DNA from: Octopus vulgaris
Taxonomy: Eukaryota
Assembly (NCBI GenBank): GCA_951406725.2
Contig: OX597821.1
Coordinates: 41,974,001-42,038,000, forward strand
Direction: 5' to 3'
Length of the DNA: 64,000 nt
Shown: positions 13,400 through 26,439 of the stretch, in pieces
Layout of the letters: each line of letters opens with the position of its first letter
How positions within the stretch are numbered: the stretch's first letter is position 1
Translations under genes and position numbers: made by a program
Notes under the pieces: model-generated
Database searches by the model: none
The model's input: only the letters and a program-made list of their open reading frames with translations
Told to the model about the DNA's origin: nothing

Positions 13400-13715
13400 G
13401 CAATAAGAAAATGGAGGTAGTATATGTCTATTTATTTTGAACAATCCTGAGAATATATATACATGTGTAAAGATAGTGTTTTACATAAAACACTATCTTT
13501 ACACATACTACCTCTGAATCCCCATTTTCTTCTTGTCATATAAATTAAGGGTAAAACCACTCATTACACTCGCCTAATTATTATACTCAGTAGTGTAATT
13601 GCAACACAATAACCAACACTTGTGTATTAATTAGGTATTCTACCAGCAGTATATTGGATAGATATCATCCCTTAGTTGGTTGGATTCACAACCTCTCTCT
13701 TGGAATTATATATTT
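13400..13715 (+). mobile_element. Decayed asymmetric fold-back element beside (TA)n
   Basis: Perfect 21-bp-arm palindrome at 13463-13506, plus outer partial arms (13400-13424 vs 13505-13538); right arm extends further. Confidence 0.5.
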
Positions 13716-13716
13716 C

Positions 13717-14220
13717 ATCATCATCATCATCATCATTTAACGTCCGCTTTCCAGGCTAGCATGGGTTGAACGAATGACTGAGGGCTGGCGAACCAGATGG
13801 CTGCACCAGGCTCCAATCTGATCTGGCAGAGTTTCTCCAGCTGGATGCCCTTCCTAATGCCAACCACTCCGAGAGTGTAGTGGGTGGTTTTGACGTGCCA
13901 CCGGCACGGGGACCAGTCAGGCGGTACTGGCAATGACCTTGCTCGAATCTTTTTACACATACCACCAGCACAGGTGCCAATATGGCGACGCTGGTAACGA
14001 TCACACTCGAATGGTGCCCTTATACGTGCCACCGGCACAGAGCCAGTTGGCTGCTCTGGCAACGATCACGCTCGGATGGTGCTCTTGGCACCCTACTAGC
14101 ACGGGCACAAGTGCTAGTAAGGTGAGGCTGGTAATGATCACACACGAATGGTGCCTTTTATGTGCCACTGGCACGGAAGCCGGTTAGCTGCTCTATCAAC
14201 GATCACGTTCATATGGTGCC
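13717..14220 (-). mobile_element. SINE family C with internal minisatellite
   Basis: (CAT)n end, shared body with the 9365 copy, tandem ~45-bp units at 13890-14220. Confidence 0.8.
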
Positions 14221-14636
14221 ACATACATACGTACATACATACAATTAATATAGGCAGTGATGTGCAATGTTTTACCAAAATGGTGAGCTATAATTGTCAT
14301 TAAATATAACTAAGAGTGTTAGAAACACCTACATTACTAGAAATAAGAGCTAAAACGCTGTAATACAGCAATCAAATCATGTATATATTAATAGACACTT
14401 GTATACATACATAGGTACATATACATATATACTCATATGCACATATAATGTGTGTGTATCATCATCATCATCATCATCATCATTTAACGTCCGTTTTCCG
14501 CGCTAGCACGGGTTGGACGGTTTCGACCGGGGTCTGGGGAGCTCGGGACTGCCCCAGGCTCCAGTCTAGTCTGGCAGTGTTTCTACAGCTGGATGCCCTT
14601 CCTAACGCCAACCACTCCACGAGTGTAGTGGGTGTG

Positions 14637-14678
<42 letters not shown>

Positions 14679-14804
14679 CAACTATTGCTAGACAAATGTC
14701 AATCTCACCAGACACATTTTAATTCATTTAATCAACACATCTATTTACTGAAGAAAATACTCAACTACTAATTAAAAATTAGTCTAAGTAAACAGATAGA
14801 CATA

Positions 14805-14874
<70 letters not shown>

Positions 14875-15003
14875 ATAAATAATCAGCAGAAGACACACAG
14901 AAGTGACTCAAGTGCCAAGAGTTTGATAAATGCTTATGCACGAAACTCCGAGCCCTTGAGTCACTCTTTAACTTCTGCCAATTATCATAAATTACAAAAG
15001 AAC

Positions 15004-15048
<45 letters not shown>

Positions 15049-15100
15049 CATACATATACATATACATATATATATATATGCATATATATATATACATACA

Positions 15101-15170
<70 letters not shown>

Positions 15171-15277
15171 CATACATATATATATATACATACATATATA
15201 TATATACATACATATATATATACATACATATATATATACATACATATATATATACATACATATATATATATACATAC

Positions 15278-15331
<54 letters not shown>

Positions 15332-15808
15332 ATATTGGTGAATTACACGTGTGTGTACTAAGATAATCATTTATATAAATATAATTTCAGCAGGAATAAA
15401 AACAGACATTAATTAAAATCATATGAAACTGTCTACATTATACAGACACACGCATATATACCCATCCAACCTCCACCCATATACATACATACATACATAC
15501 ATACATACAGCTAAACTTTCTCTACAGCTTGTATGCGAGATTATACACACACACACACAATTATAAAATGTGTGTGACTGTACGTATGTCAGTGCTGACG
15601 TGTGGGTGTGTGTACGTGAGTCTAGGTGTATACATGTGGCTACGTGATGTGCTTGTGTGAACAGTGTACCTGTGTTAGTCTTAGTACACGTGTGTGTGTG
15701 TGTGTGTGCTGTATGAATGTGCCTAAGTGTATATGTGTTGATGCTTGCGTCTATGTACGCGTTTCTCTCTCGCCTCTGTACATGAATATATATATATATA
15801 TATATATA

Positions 15809-15971
15809 GGCGCAGGAGTGGCTGTGTGGTAAGTAGCTTGCTTACCAAACACATTTTTCCGGGTTCAGTCCCACTGCGTGGCACTTTGGGCAAGTGTCTT
15901 CTACTATAGCCTCGGGCCGACCAAGGCCTTGTGAGTGGATATGGTAGACGGAAACTGAAAGAAGCCCGTCG

Positions 15972-16019
<48 letters not shown>

Positions 16020-16228
16020 CGTGTGTGTTTGTGTGTCTGTGTCCCCCTAGCTTGACAACCGATGCTGGTGCGTTTATGTCCCTGTCACTTAGCGGTGTGG
16101 CAAAAGAGACCGATGGAATAAGTACTGGGCTTACAAAGAATAAGTCCCGGGGTCGATTTGCTCGATTAAAGGCGGTGCTCCAGCATGGCCGCAGTCAAAT
16201 GACTGAAACAAGTAAAAGAGTAAAGAGT
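15809..16228 (+). mobile_element. SINE family A, full length
   Basis: Same sequence as the other family A copies. Confidence 0.9.
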
Positions 16229-16515
16229 ATGTGTGTGTGTGTGTATAGTGTGTAACTATGCTTATGACGTGTGTGTGTGCATACGTATGAGTCTGTCTAC
16301 ACGCGTGCCCGAGAGTTTTCATGTGATTGTGTACGTATATACGCATGTATGTGCCTACCTGTGTGTGTGCGGGCGCGTGAGAGACTGGCTTTGTCGTTCT
16401 GTGTGTTTGTACAGGTGTGTATGTATGTGTTTGTGAGCACACGTGTGTGCATCTGTTTTTGTGCTTACGTATATGTCTAAGTGTGTATATATGTGTCCAC
16501 ATGATTGTGTGTCTG

Positions 16516-16551
<36 letters not shown>

Positions 16552-16586
16552 CGTGTGTGTGTATATATATATATATATATACATAC

Positions 16587-16635
<49 letters not shown>

Positions 16636-17169
16636 AGTGGATCTGTCTACAGGAATGTGTCTGTTTGTACAGGTGTGAGAGTGAAACAGTTATTTCGGAT
16701 CTAAAACGACATGATGGAGTTGTTTTCTGTTACGATTCCACTTGAATGTTGTGGGGAAGGGCATGAACATCACAGCCTCCACTTCACCACTTCCAACGCC
16801 AACTGCTAACGACTCTGGTGTCACCTCTGATATTTACACGACGTGACAAAACTGGATGTAACCACTGGGACAAAACTCTACAAACATCTGACAGTTGTTG
16901 ATGTTGTTGTTGTTTAGTTGTGGGTAAATTATCATTGAGCAAGTAAGTGATTAAAGGCGTTCCATCCAATGACCATCCTGTCATATTTTCCCCCAGACAT
17001 ATTACCTACGAGATCAAGGTGAAGATCTTGAGTGGCAAATGTGAAGTACTCAACCAGAGGGCCACCTGATTCTTTCTGTCGTTTCTTGCAGGATAAACGA
17101 CAATGTAGCGGTGTGGTGGTGTTCGTGCTTTCCTCGGTAGTATATAGTCAAATGAAAGCAGCATCAACA

Positions 17170-17400
17170 CGTTACCTATATGCAGTCCCTCGATCTGGTA
17201 GAGTTAGCTGACAAATCTCTTCCGAAACCACACCCTACGGTCTTGAAAAAAAATACACAGGACACACCAGATAATGAAATCCTAGATACATTGTGCCAAA
17301 AAATAAATGACGGGTTGGTCACGCCTGGAACAATTCTGAAGTTCAGCCGACTGGTAAATGTACTGCTTGTTCAGGGCTAATCTGGAGTTCAAGAACAATT
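17170..17400 (+). mobile_element. Old dispersed repeat family E (AGAAATAGCAGC...GATGGTCACGGCTGGAA type)
   Basis: Diverged relatives at about 20370-20770, 33350-33560 (-), 36740-36860 (-), 49680-49830, 50830-51020 (-) and 54865-55040. Confidence 0.6.
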
Positions 17401-19282
17401 TAGAATTAAAAACTCTTAAAGCGAGGCAGTACTATGACCACGACCCGGTGCACTGTAGAATAGTCTACCCTACTGTGTTTTCATAGAGCACAGTACGCAC
17501 TCAAAATAATCCCAGTCTTTGCCCTTAATATTTGGTATTTGTTTTGTTGCTTATACAGAAGGTAAGATACGAAAATCATATCTCGTAGAGTTTAGACAGA
17601 AAATAAAAATGTAGTGGCGTAGCATGTCTGCGGATAGCACAGGGTGGCCATTTTATACACACGTGTTTGTTGTACTCGATGGTAGGTATGTGTAACGAAA
17701 GGTGTGGCCAAACACCAAGCTACGCCACTAAACGACGTGTATATAACTATATACTGTGACAATAGTTTACTCCAGCGCTCTACCATCATGGCGGTAAATA
17801 CGAAACAACGCTAAACTAGATGCAACGTGCTGTTCTAGTTGTTGGTACTTCACAGGATCTGGCCCCAACTAATTTTGTCTTACCTCTCATCCACCTCAAC
17901 AAAATAAACTGTTTCTAAAGACGGAATGGTGATAGCTAGAAAGATCTTTCATTACAAATCTAAAGTAAGACATTATGAATCTCCCTCACACACTCATATA
18001 CAAGCGTGGCTGTGTAGTTAAGAAATTTGCCTTGCAACCACATGTTCTTAAGTTCAGTTCCAATGTACGGCACCTTGGGCAATTGTTATCATCCCAGGCC
18101 GCAAAGCCTTGTGAGTAGACATGATTGACAGAAACTGAAAGAAGCCTATCGCGTTGGTGGGAATCCTTGTCTTGGCGTCACGTGATGGTTGTAAATGAGC
18201 ATTACCGTCCTATAAACGATGTTGTTCATTTCAAGTCTTTAATGAAAATTATGTCCGGCCGTGGGGAAATTACCTTGCTTAGAAATAAGTTAAGACTGAC
18301 CACATGAAGGGCGTAGAAAAGCTGCCTCGACATATTCCGTCAAACACATACAAGCATGGAAAAGTAGATGTTAAATGATGATAATAATACACAACATAGC
18401 CACAAATCTGAGGGGAGGGGGTCAGACCTTCCGCTCTTTATCAAGTACCTTCTTCTTCTTCTTGAGACAGCATTCACCCGGGGTGGGTTGAGCTGGCTTC
18501 ATTCATTCTCAATGCTGCATCTCTCACAAACGCCGACCAGACCTGGCGATTTGAGGCTAACGACCGCGTGATCTCCAACCACTCCTTATTCCAGCGACGA
18601 ATGCCGTAGACATGGGGGGCCTAAGTACCTTCTTATACTATGAACCTTCCCTGCCCTCCCACCGCCTTCAAGCGGGATTACAACTGAATTATTTCATTCT
18701 GAAAGACATTTCGTCAGGCATTCTATTTCTGACATTTTCTGCCCTTCCAAGTCTTATGGATCGGCACCTGGGGAGTATTTTCCAATGTGCTTTTGTTCTT
18801 CCTTATTTCATTCTTTCGGTTTATGATCATAAACTGCAAGTGTAAATATATTTATTCGGCCCAGCTGTATTGAATCTCTTTTTTTTTTATCAAAAATTTC
18901 TTCGGACTCATGTTTTCAACAATAGAAATTACGATTCTGCAACACAACAAAAAATAGTTTGCTTCCTTTTTTTTAATTTAAATTCTTTAAATGGTAAAAT
19001 ATGGACCTTGGTACCAACAAAATTAAGAAAGGATAAACGATCCAAAACTCCTAAAACGTTATTATTATTTAAATTCTATCAATGCAATCGTAAACTACAA
19101 TCTCGAAAACGTCTTTGCACAATTTCATTAAAAAAAGTATACATTTTTCAGAAAGTTATGAGCATAAGTGTGGGAGCGAAATTTGCTTAGGGTTGGAAAC
19201 CAAAGTTAAAGACTTTGTAGAAACACGATCGATTTTTTTCAATCTTAATATCAAAACAAACACAGGTAATAATAATAATAAT

Positions 19283-19314
<32 letters not shown>

Positions 19315-19344
19315 ATATTTGTACATTCCGCATATTTGTACATA

Positions 19345-19748
19345 GGCGCAGGAGTGGCTGTGTGGTAAGTAGCTTGTTTACCAACCACATAGTTCTGGGT
19401 TCAGTCCCACTGCGTGGCACCTTGGGCAAGTGTCTTCTACTATAGCCCCGGGCCGACCAAAGCCTTGTGAGTGGATTTGGTAGACGGAAACTGAAAGAAG
19501 CCTGTCGTATATATGTATATATATATATGCGTGTTTGTGTGTCTGTGTTTGTCCCCCTAGCATTGCTTGACAACCGATGCTGCTGTGCTTATGTCCCCGT
19601 TACTTAGCGGTTCGGCAATTGAGACCGAATAAGTACTGGGCTTACAAAAGAATAAGTCCCGGGGTCGAGTTGCTCGATTAAAGGCGGTGCTCCAGCATGG
19701 CCGCAGTCAAATGACTGAAACAAGTAAAAGAGTAAAAAGAGTAAGAGT
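19345..19748 (+). mobile_element. SINE family A, followed directly by a family B fragment
   Basis: Family A sequence; family B central domain begins at about 19750. Confidence 0.9.
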
Positions 19749-20795
19749 ATTCCGTCGAGGTCGACTTTGCCTTTCATCCGTATGGGGTCAATAAAATAAG
19801 TACCAGCTGCGCACTGAGGTCAATATAATCGACTCATCCTCTCCCCGAAATTGCTGGCCTTGTGCCAAAATTTGAAACCATTATTATATTTGTTTATCAA
19901 TCAAATCAGATAAATTTTATAATGGAAAAGTAATGCTTCAAATCCTTCCAAAAAATGTATCTACGCTCGTTCGTTTTACGATGCTCAAAACGTTTTCATT
20001 GCCCCAACACGCAACACCACCACCACCAAAAGAAATTTAGGCGGGGGTGGACGCTTGCAACCCTGTACCCGAGCCTATTGGTTATAAGGAAACAAACTCG
20101 GAAAAGAGGCATCAATCTGTAGTTATACCGGTTTCCCCCCCGTCTCCCTTCTTACACTAAGCTCTAACGACTTTGCCAAGACGCTATGATTCTCTGTTCT
20201 TATGTAAGGAATAAATATTTCAAAACAGACATAAAATAGCTGAGTTGGCTTAACGGTTTCGATCGCTGGATAAAGCTAGTTCCTTTTAATGTCCTTCGAA
20301 AATTTAACATTGAAAAACATAGGATACTGTAAAAGGTCGGGGAAGCCTCTTCGCAATCGCAACCTCTGTTAGAAATAACAGCTAAACATCCCTCAAAATA
20401 CACCCTTACTACCGTAATGGAGATATAGTGTGTGCGGGAAGAGAAGATGCGGTGGTCTTAGAAATACTATGAGTGTAAATAAGATGAGATGGTCACAACA
20501 GGAAGGTCTTTTGACCAGAGGGCTACTTGATGGAAGGGTTGGACTGGAGCAAAAACAACACTAATCGATAATGCACCAACAAAACAGAGAATATCTAGGT
20601 GGTCGTAGAAATAGCAGCTAAATCTCCCTCGAATCATATCAGAGTGATGTAGATCGGTCGAACTGAATAACTGAAATTATTACAAACAAATAAATAAAAC
20701 GCGATGGCTTCGGCTGGAACGTCTCTGACCAGTGATTTGTTCTGTCAGAATGGCTTGGGACGAAACAGCATAAACCAATCTTACATATATACATA

Positions 20796-21007
20796 CGAAG
20801 GGGTGATGAAAAGTTCCTGGCTTTAAAGGTGTAGCGAAAGGCCTGTTGGAGGCCCGACCTTTTAAGTTCTTTTACAGGGCTTAGAAAAACTGAAGGGCTG
20901 CTGCAATAAGTGAACCTGGGAGGGAAATATGTTGGATAAAATCATAATTAACTTATCCACTTGTATTTTCTTTTATCCGAAGCCAGGAACTTTTCAGCAC
21001 ACCCTCG
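20796..21007. mobile_element. Mariner-type MITE with TA TSD
   Basis: TA-CGAAGGGGTGATGAAAAGTTCCTGGCTT ... AAGCCAGGAACTTTTCAGCACACCCTCG-TA. Confidence 0.85.
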
Positions 21008-21687
21008 TACATAGAACTACACACAAACATATATAGTTACGTAAATACAATACACATACATACACGCACACATATATGCACATATGCGCAGTGCACTCAC
21101 AGACACATACACACATATACATACATATATACACGTAGATATACACACATCTTGCTGGGAGATTTTATAGACTTGGGTTGGTAGGTTATGTAAAGTTTAT
21201 CTTTCGCGTGTGGTTGTATGTGAGAGAGAGAGTGTGTGTGTGTGTGAGAGAGAGAGAGTGTGTGTGTGTGTGAGAGAGTGTGTGTGTGTATGTGAGAGAG
21301 AGTGTGTGTGTGTATGTGTGTGTGTCTTGAATCGCAAAGATACACGACCAATCTTCATGAAACAATATTAAAGTAATTGATTGACATAGTATATTACTGG
21401 TACACAAGGTATAAGAGGAACTACGCTATTCAGCACGGGTCAGCGATAATGAAGCAAACCTGTGATCAAAAACAATCCAGCTGTGACCATCCCGTCTTTA
21501 TTTTTTTGCAAATATATTGTATACGTATATATACATGTGTATATACATGTTCACGAATACAGGAACATGTATGCATGTATATTATACACGTATAGCATAT
21601 ATACATGTATATATAAACATGTGAGTTTGCGAACGTGACTAGTCACGTGTCCAGTATTTTGATACGACATACTCCCCACCCCCATCG

Positions 21688-21731
<44 letters not shown>

Positions 21732-22471
21732 CTACCCATTTAAATTCTTTACCCACGATTTCTTGGATTTAAGAGAGAAAATAGAAGACCAGCCCAAGTC
21801 AGGAGAATGGAGAGAGAGAGAGGGAGAGAGCAACAGGCACAGAGAGAAAGGGACAAACTGATAGAGAGAGACATACAGAGGGAGAGAGAGAGAGAGAGAG
21901 AGGGAGAAAAGCACAGAGAACGGGACAAACTGACAGAGATATAGATGGACAGCCAGAGAGAAAGGAAGAGATTGACAGAGACAGATAGATAGACAGATAC
22001 AGACAGAGAGAAAGGGGGATGGTGGTGAAAGACAAAGAGTGTGATGGTGATGGGGAAACTGAGAAAGTAAGATGAGAATTTCGAATAAAACTCAAATTTT
22101 TATGGGTCCCGGAAGACGATTTGAAGAGAAAGAGGACAGGGAGAAAAAGAAAAGATACGTGGATGTAAGAGAGAGAGAGAGACAGAGAGGTTGATTATGG
22201 AGTGATAGACAGAGGGAAGAGAGAAAAGAATAGAGAGAGAGATGAGAGAAAGAGAAGAGAGTCTGGAAAGAGAGATGGAATGATATTAGAGGAATATTTG
22301 GCGTAACTATTGGAAGAGAGAGAATCAGGGGAAAATGAGAGAGACAGACAGAGAGACAGAGAGGTAGATAAACAGATAGAAAGAGAATGGGTTGAAGAAA
22401 TTAGGAAAGAATTTAGAAAAGAAACAGAACGAATGTAAACAGAAGAGAGGGAGGAAGAGAAACCATGGTAC

Positions 22472-22512
<41 letters not shown>

Positions 22513-22722
22513 TAAACACAGAGGAGAGAGAGAGAGAGAAAAGAGGAATAAATATATGGACGGGAAGTCACATAACGTTCACCTGCTTTATTTTATATAT
22601 TGACGATATGTCCATGAGCGATTGAGCGCGTGTATATATATATTTATATATGTGTGTATGTATGTGTGTGTGAGTGTGGGTGTGAAGAGAAAGAGAGAAG
22701 TAGATAGACATACACACACGAT

Positions 22723-22851
<129 letters not shown>

Positions 22852-23042
22852 TAGATAGAGAGATGGATAGATATGCAACAGTGGTCGTGGAATATTTCTA
22901 TAGGCTGAACAGTCTATCAACAATAACTCTTACAGACGGTAAATAATGAAATAAATATCTACAAACACACATACACATACACACAAATGCACACGTGTGT
23001 GTGTGTGTTCTGCAGTTAAAATAAGAGGTTAAAAGAACTTAC

Positions 23043-23277
23043 CCGGTATCGGAAGTCCCGAATTATGCTCCGTGCCGGGTACACAAGATAATTAATAATA
23101 TTCACTTAAATATCCGTAAAAAAAGAGAGAGAGAGAGAGAAGGAGAGAGAGGGGAAGAGATAAGAACACACGTAGAGAAGGTGAAGATTATTGTTGGTGT
23201 CCGTCAGAGAGGAGCGACGACCTGTTTAGTTTTGTGTGAGAGAAGAGGGCGAACGAGAAGTATTCGTGTTTGAATGA
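23043..23277 (-). promoter_or_regulatory. Candidate TSS and non-coding first exon
   Basis: Inr-like TCATTC (23277-23272) and donor CGG|GTAAGT at 23043, in a SINE-free, CpG-richer, GA-repeat region; motif evidence only. Confidence 0.25.
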
Positions 23278-23524
23278 GTTGGCGCGAGAAAGAGAGAGAG
23301 ACAGACAGACAGGGAGAGAGAGAGAGAGAGGAGAAAGACAGAGCGACAGAGAGAGAGAGGAGAAAGAGGAGGAAGGAAGATAGGGTGTGGAGATGATGGC
23401 GGAAGTATATGCAGAGTGAATAAGAGAGGGGGATTAAGAGGGAGAGGGAGAGGTACAAAGTGATAAGCGAGAATGAGGGGGGGGGTTCTGAAGACAGCAT
23501 GCATACATGTATGTAATGTGTATA

Positions 23525-23555
<31 letters not shown>

Positions 23556-23809
23556 CGCGAAAATAAGAGGTGTAGGTGTTCGATTCCCACGTGTATTAAT
23601 GCATATTTTTATTCGTCGTGGGTTTATATGCCACACTATTAGACAATTTTCTATAGTCAATATACGGTGTAAACTTATATTTACAAAATTACCACTTGAC
23701 ACCGTTTGTTTATATATATATATATACTTAATTCGAATAAATCATTATTTAATGATTTATCAGTGGCCAGCATACTAAATATATCATAATTGATATTAAA
23801 ATTATTATA

Positions 23810-23858
<49 letters not shown>

Positions 23859-24376
23859 GTATGTATATATGTATGTATGTATGTATGTATGCATGTATGT
23901 ATGTATCTATGTATGTATGTATGTATGTATATACACATACATAAATACATACATGTATGGGTGTGTGTAGGTATGTATATACACATACATACCTACACAC
24001 ACACATATACATACATACATACATACATACATACATACACACATATACATATATACATACATATATGTGTGCGTGTGTGTATATATATATATATAGATAT
24101 ATATCCTTCATTCACATCAGTCATTAGACAGCTATTATGCCGGGGCAATGCATTTAAATCGAACGAATCAACCCCAGTATTTTTTTTTTCTTTTCTTGAT
24201 ATTATTGATTACACGAACACATATATACATAACTATGTGTGTGCGTGTGCGTGCGTGTGTGTGTGTGTGTGTTCCTTTTCCGATAATTTACATCGGCAGA
24301 AAGCCTCAAAGGTGACTCAAGTGCTGAGAGTTTCGGGCTCGGCTTAAGAGTTAGTTTTATAACTTTTTGCCGATTA

Positions 24377-24410
<34 letters not shown>

Positions 24411-24611
24411 ATCAATAAGTTCGCTTTCTCTTTCTATCTCTCTCGCTCGCTCCTTCTCTCTTTCTGTCTGGTAAGAAATTTGCAGCCAAACCACATGGTT
24501 CCAGGTTTAATCCTAACGGATAGCAAGTTGCGCAAGTATCTTGTTATATAGCCAAGGGCCGACCATAACTTGTGAGTGGATTGGGTAGACGGAAACTGAA
24601 AGAAGCCTGCC

Positions 24612-24661
<50 letters not shown>

Positions 24662-24939
24662 GTATATGTATGTATGTATAAATGTATATACGTGTGTGTG
24701 TGTATTTGTGTGTCTATGCTTCCCCCTTCTACCCCCACCACCATCGATTGACAACCGATGTTGGCGTGTTTACGTTCCCGTAAGTTAGCGGTTCGGCAAA
24801 AGAGACCGATAGAATAAGTATTAGGCTCACAAAGAATAAGTCCCAGGGTCGATTTGTTCGACACTAAAGGCGGTGCTCCAGCATGGCCGCAGTCAAATGA
24901 CTGAAAGCAATAGAAGAAACAAAAGAAAATATCAACCTG

Positions 24940-25205
24940 ACCATCGCTGGTCACAATGCGCTTTCCATCGATTTTTGCTTTCGAATGATGCCACCCCACT
25001 GGCTAAGCGAACAGGCCAACCCCCCACCCCACCGGTCAGAAGGCCAGTCCATCACTGGGTTACTCATTCATAGGTGAGTGGACTCGGGAAACGTGAAATG
25101 ATGTGCTTCACTAAAGAACACAACGCGCCACCTAGTTCCGGAAATCGAGCCCAAGATCCAGCGATCGTGAACGCAATGCTCTGACCACTAGACCACGCAC
25201 CTTTA
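24940..25205 (-). mobile_element. tRNA-derived SINE family D (V-domain-like GATGGACTGG)
   Basis: A box TGGTCTAGTGG, B-box-like GCTCGATTTCC; homologous to the 11483 copy. Confidence 0.6.
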
Positions 25206-25359
25206 CACACACACATCATCATCAGTAATTCATATATCCGAACGAGAAGCATACTCTAAAGCAACAGAGAAGTAATATATTTGTTTCAGGAAGTTAAATG
25301 TTATGTCGGTCACAGAGTGCAAAAGAAACATTAGCGGTAGTAGCACATCGACTACACAG

Positions 25360-25700
25360 ACACGAAAATATGTCGGTCAACCGTGCACCCGTTTAACCAA
25401 CGTCTGAACAGCCACAAATCCTCTTTTAGAATTCAGGAAAGCAGCAACATCACGTCCCTACCCAGCCACGCATGTCGCTTAAAAGAGGAAGGAACCTATA
25501 CATGATTAATTGGAAGCTCATTATACAACCGGGGGCTCATACAAATGAGAGCAAACGATGTGAGCTTTGCTTGGCAGAGAGAGCAAGAATCTGGAAAAAA
25601 AAACTCGTTCAACCCGGAGACCTTTGCTAAGCTCCAAGAAAGAAGGTTTTAGTCAGTGCCCTCATCTAAAACGTTTTAAACTACAAACTTGGAATTTTCC
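25360..25700 (+). pseudogene. Penelope-like element GIY-YIG endonuclease C-terminal remnant
   Basis: Frameshifted translation RKYVGQ / FNQRLNSHKSSFR..ITSLPSHACRLKEEG / INWKLII..NESKRCELCLAERARI / LLSSKKEGFSQCPH matches the PLE pattern YIG..F..R...H.SSF...CxLC...L....E....C.H. Confidence 0.8.
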
Positions 25701-25982
25701 ATTCGTTGAAAAGGCCCGCTGTAGCTCCTTTGAATATCAGCACGGCTGGAGCCAGGGATAACTCCGTCCTTCTTGCAGCACCCCTGCACAGATAATCCTC
25801 CAGGTGTGGAGAGCTTATGCGCCTTCAGTCAATTGAGCGTATACTGCTAAGCGCTTTATTGGTGCGAAACCAATAGTCATTCTATGACCGGCCGTAACAT
25901 TGAACTTACACACACACACATCCTGTTTACGTCCCGTTTTTACGTCCTGTTTGTGTCACATTTTGTTCTTTCCTTGTTTTTA

Positions 25983-26100
25983 CCCATCTGCGAAGTAATT
26001 TCCATTAATTTCTTCGCAGGAAGGGCTAGTTCGACGAGTCGTGTTCTGTCCTCACCTTCGAAACACGCTGGAGTTGAACTAGAGACAGCTGATGAAGGGG
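25983..26100 (+). ncRNA. Non-circularly permuted hammerhead ribozyme (site-GAAA-CUGA order) in the PLE 3' pLTR
   Basis: Helix III CGUGU/ACACG, site U26045, helix I CUGUC/GACAG, helix II GAAGG/CCUUC, GAAA at 26060-26063, CUGAUGA at 26089-26095, outer 10-bp helix. Confidence 0.7.
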
Positions 26101-26319
26101 ATTTTTCCTTGTGTAGTTTGTCTAGTACTCTGTTTTTTTTTCTTTGTAAAAAAAAGGTTCGTTCCATGCTTATTTTTACGTTTCCGTTCTCGTTGAGTTC
26201 TGCGTCTATTTGTGGTGTCCTGTACTCACGTATATATATTTATATATGCATGTACATATACATGTAGATGTAGGTACGTACATATATGTATGTATGTATG
26301 TATGCATATATTTATTTTT

Positions 26320-26380
<61 letters not shown>

Positions 26381-26439
26381 CAAAACTGAGCTGCTGTCTT
26401 TACTGAAAGAAGATCCGAGATAATATAAGCTAATTCATC

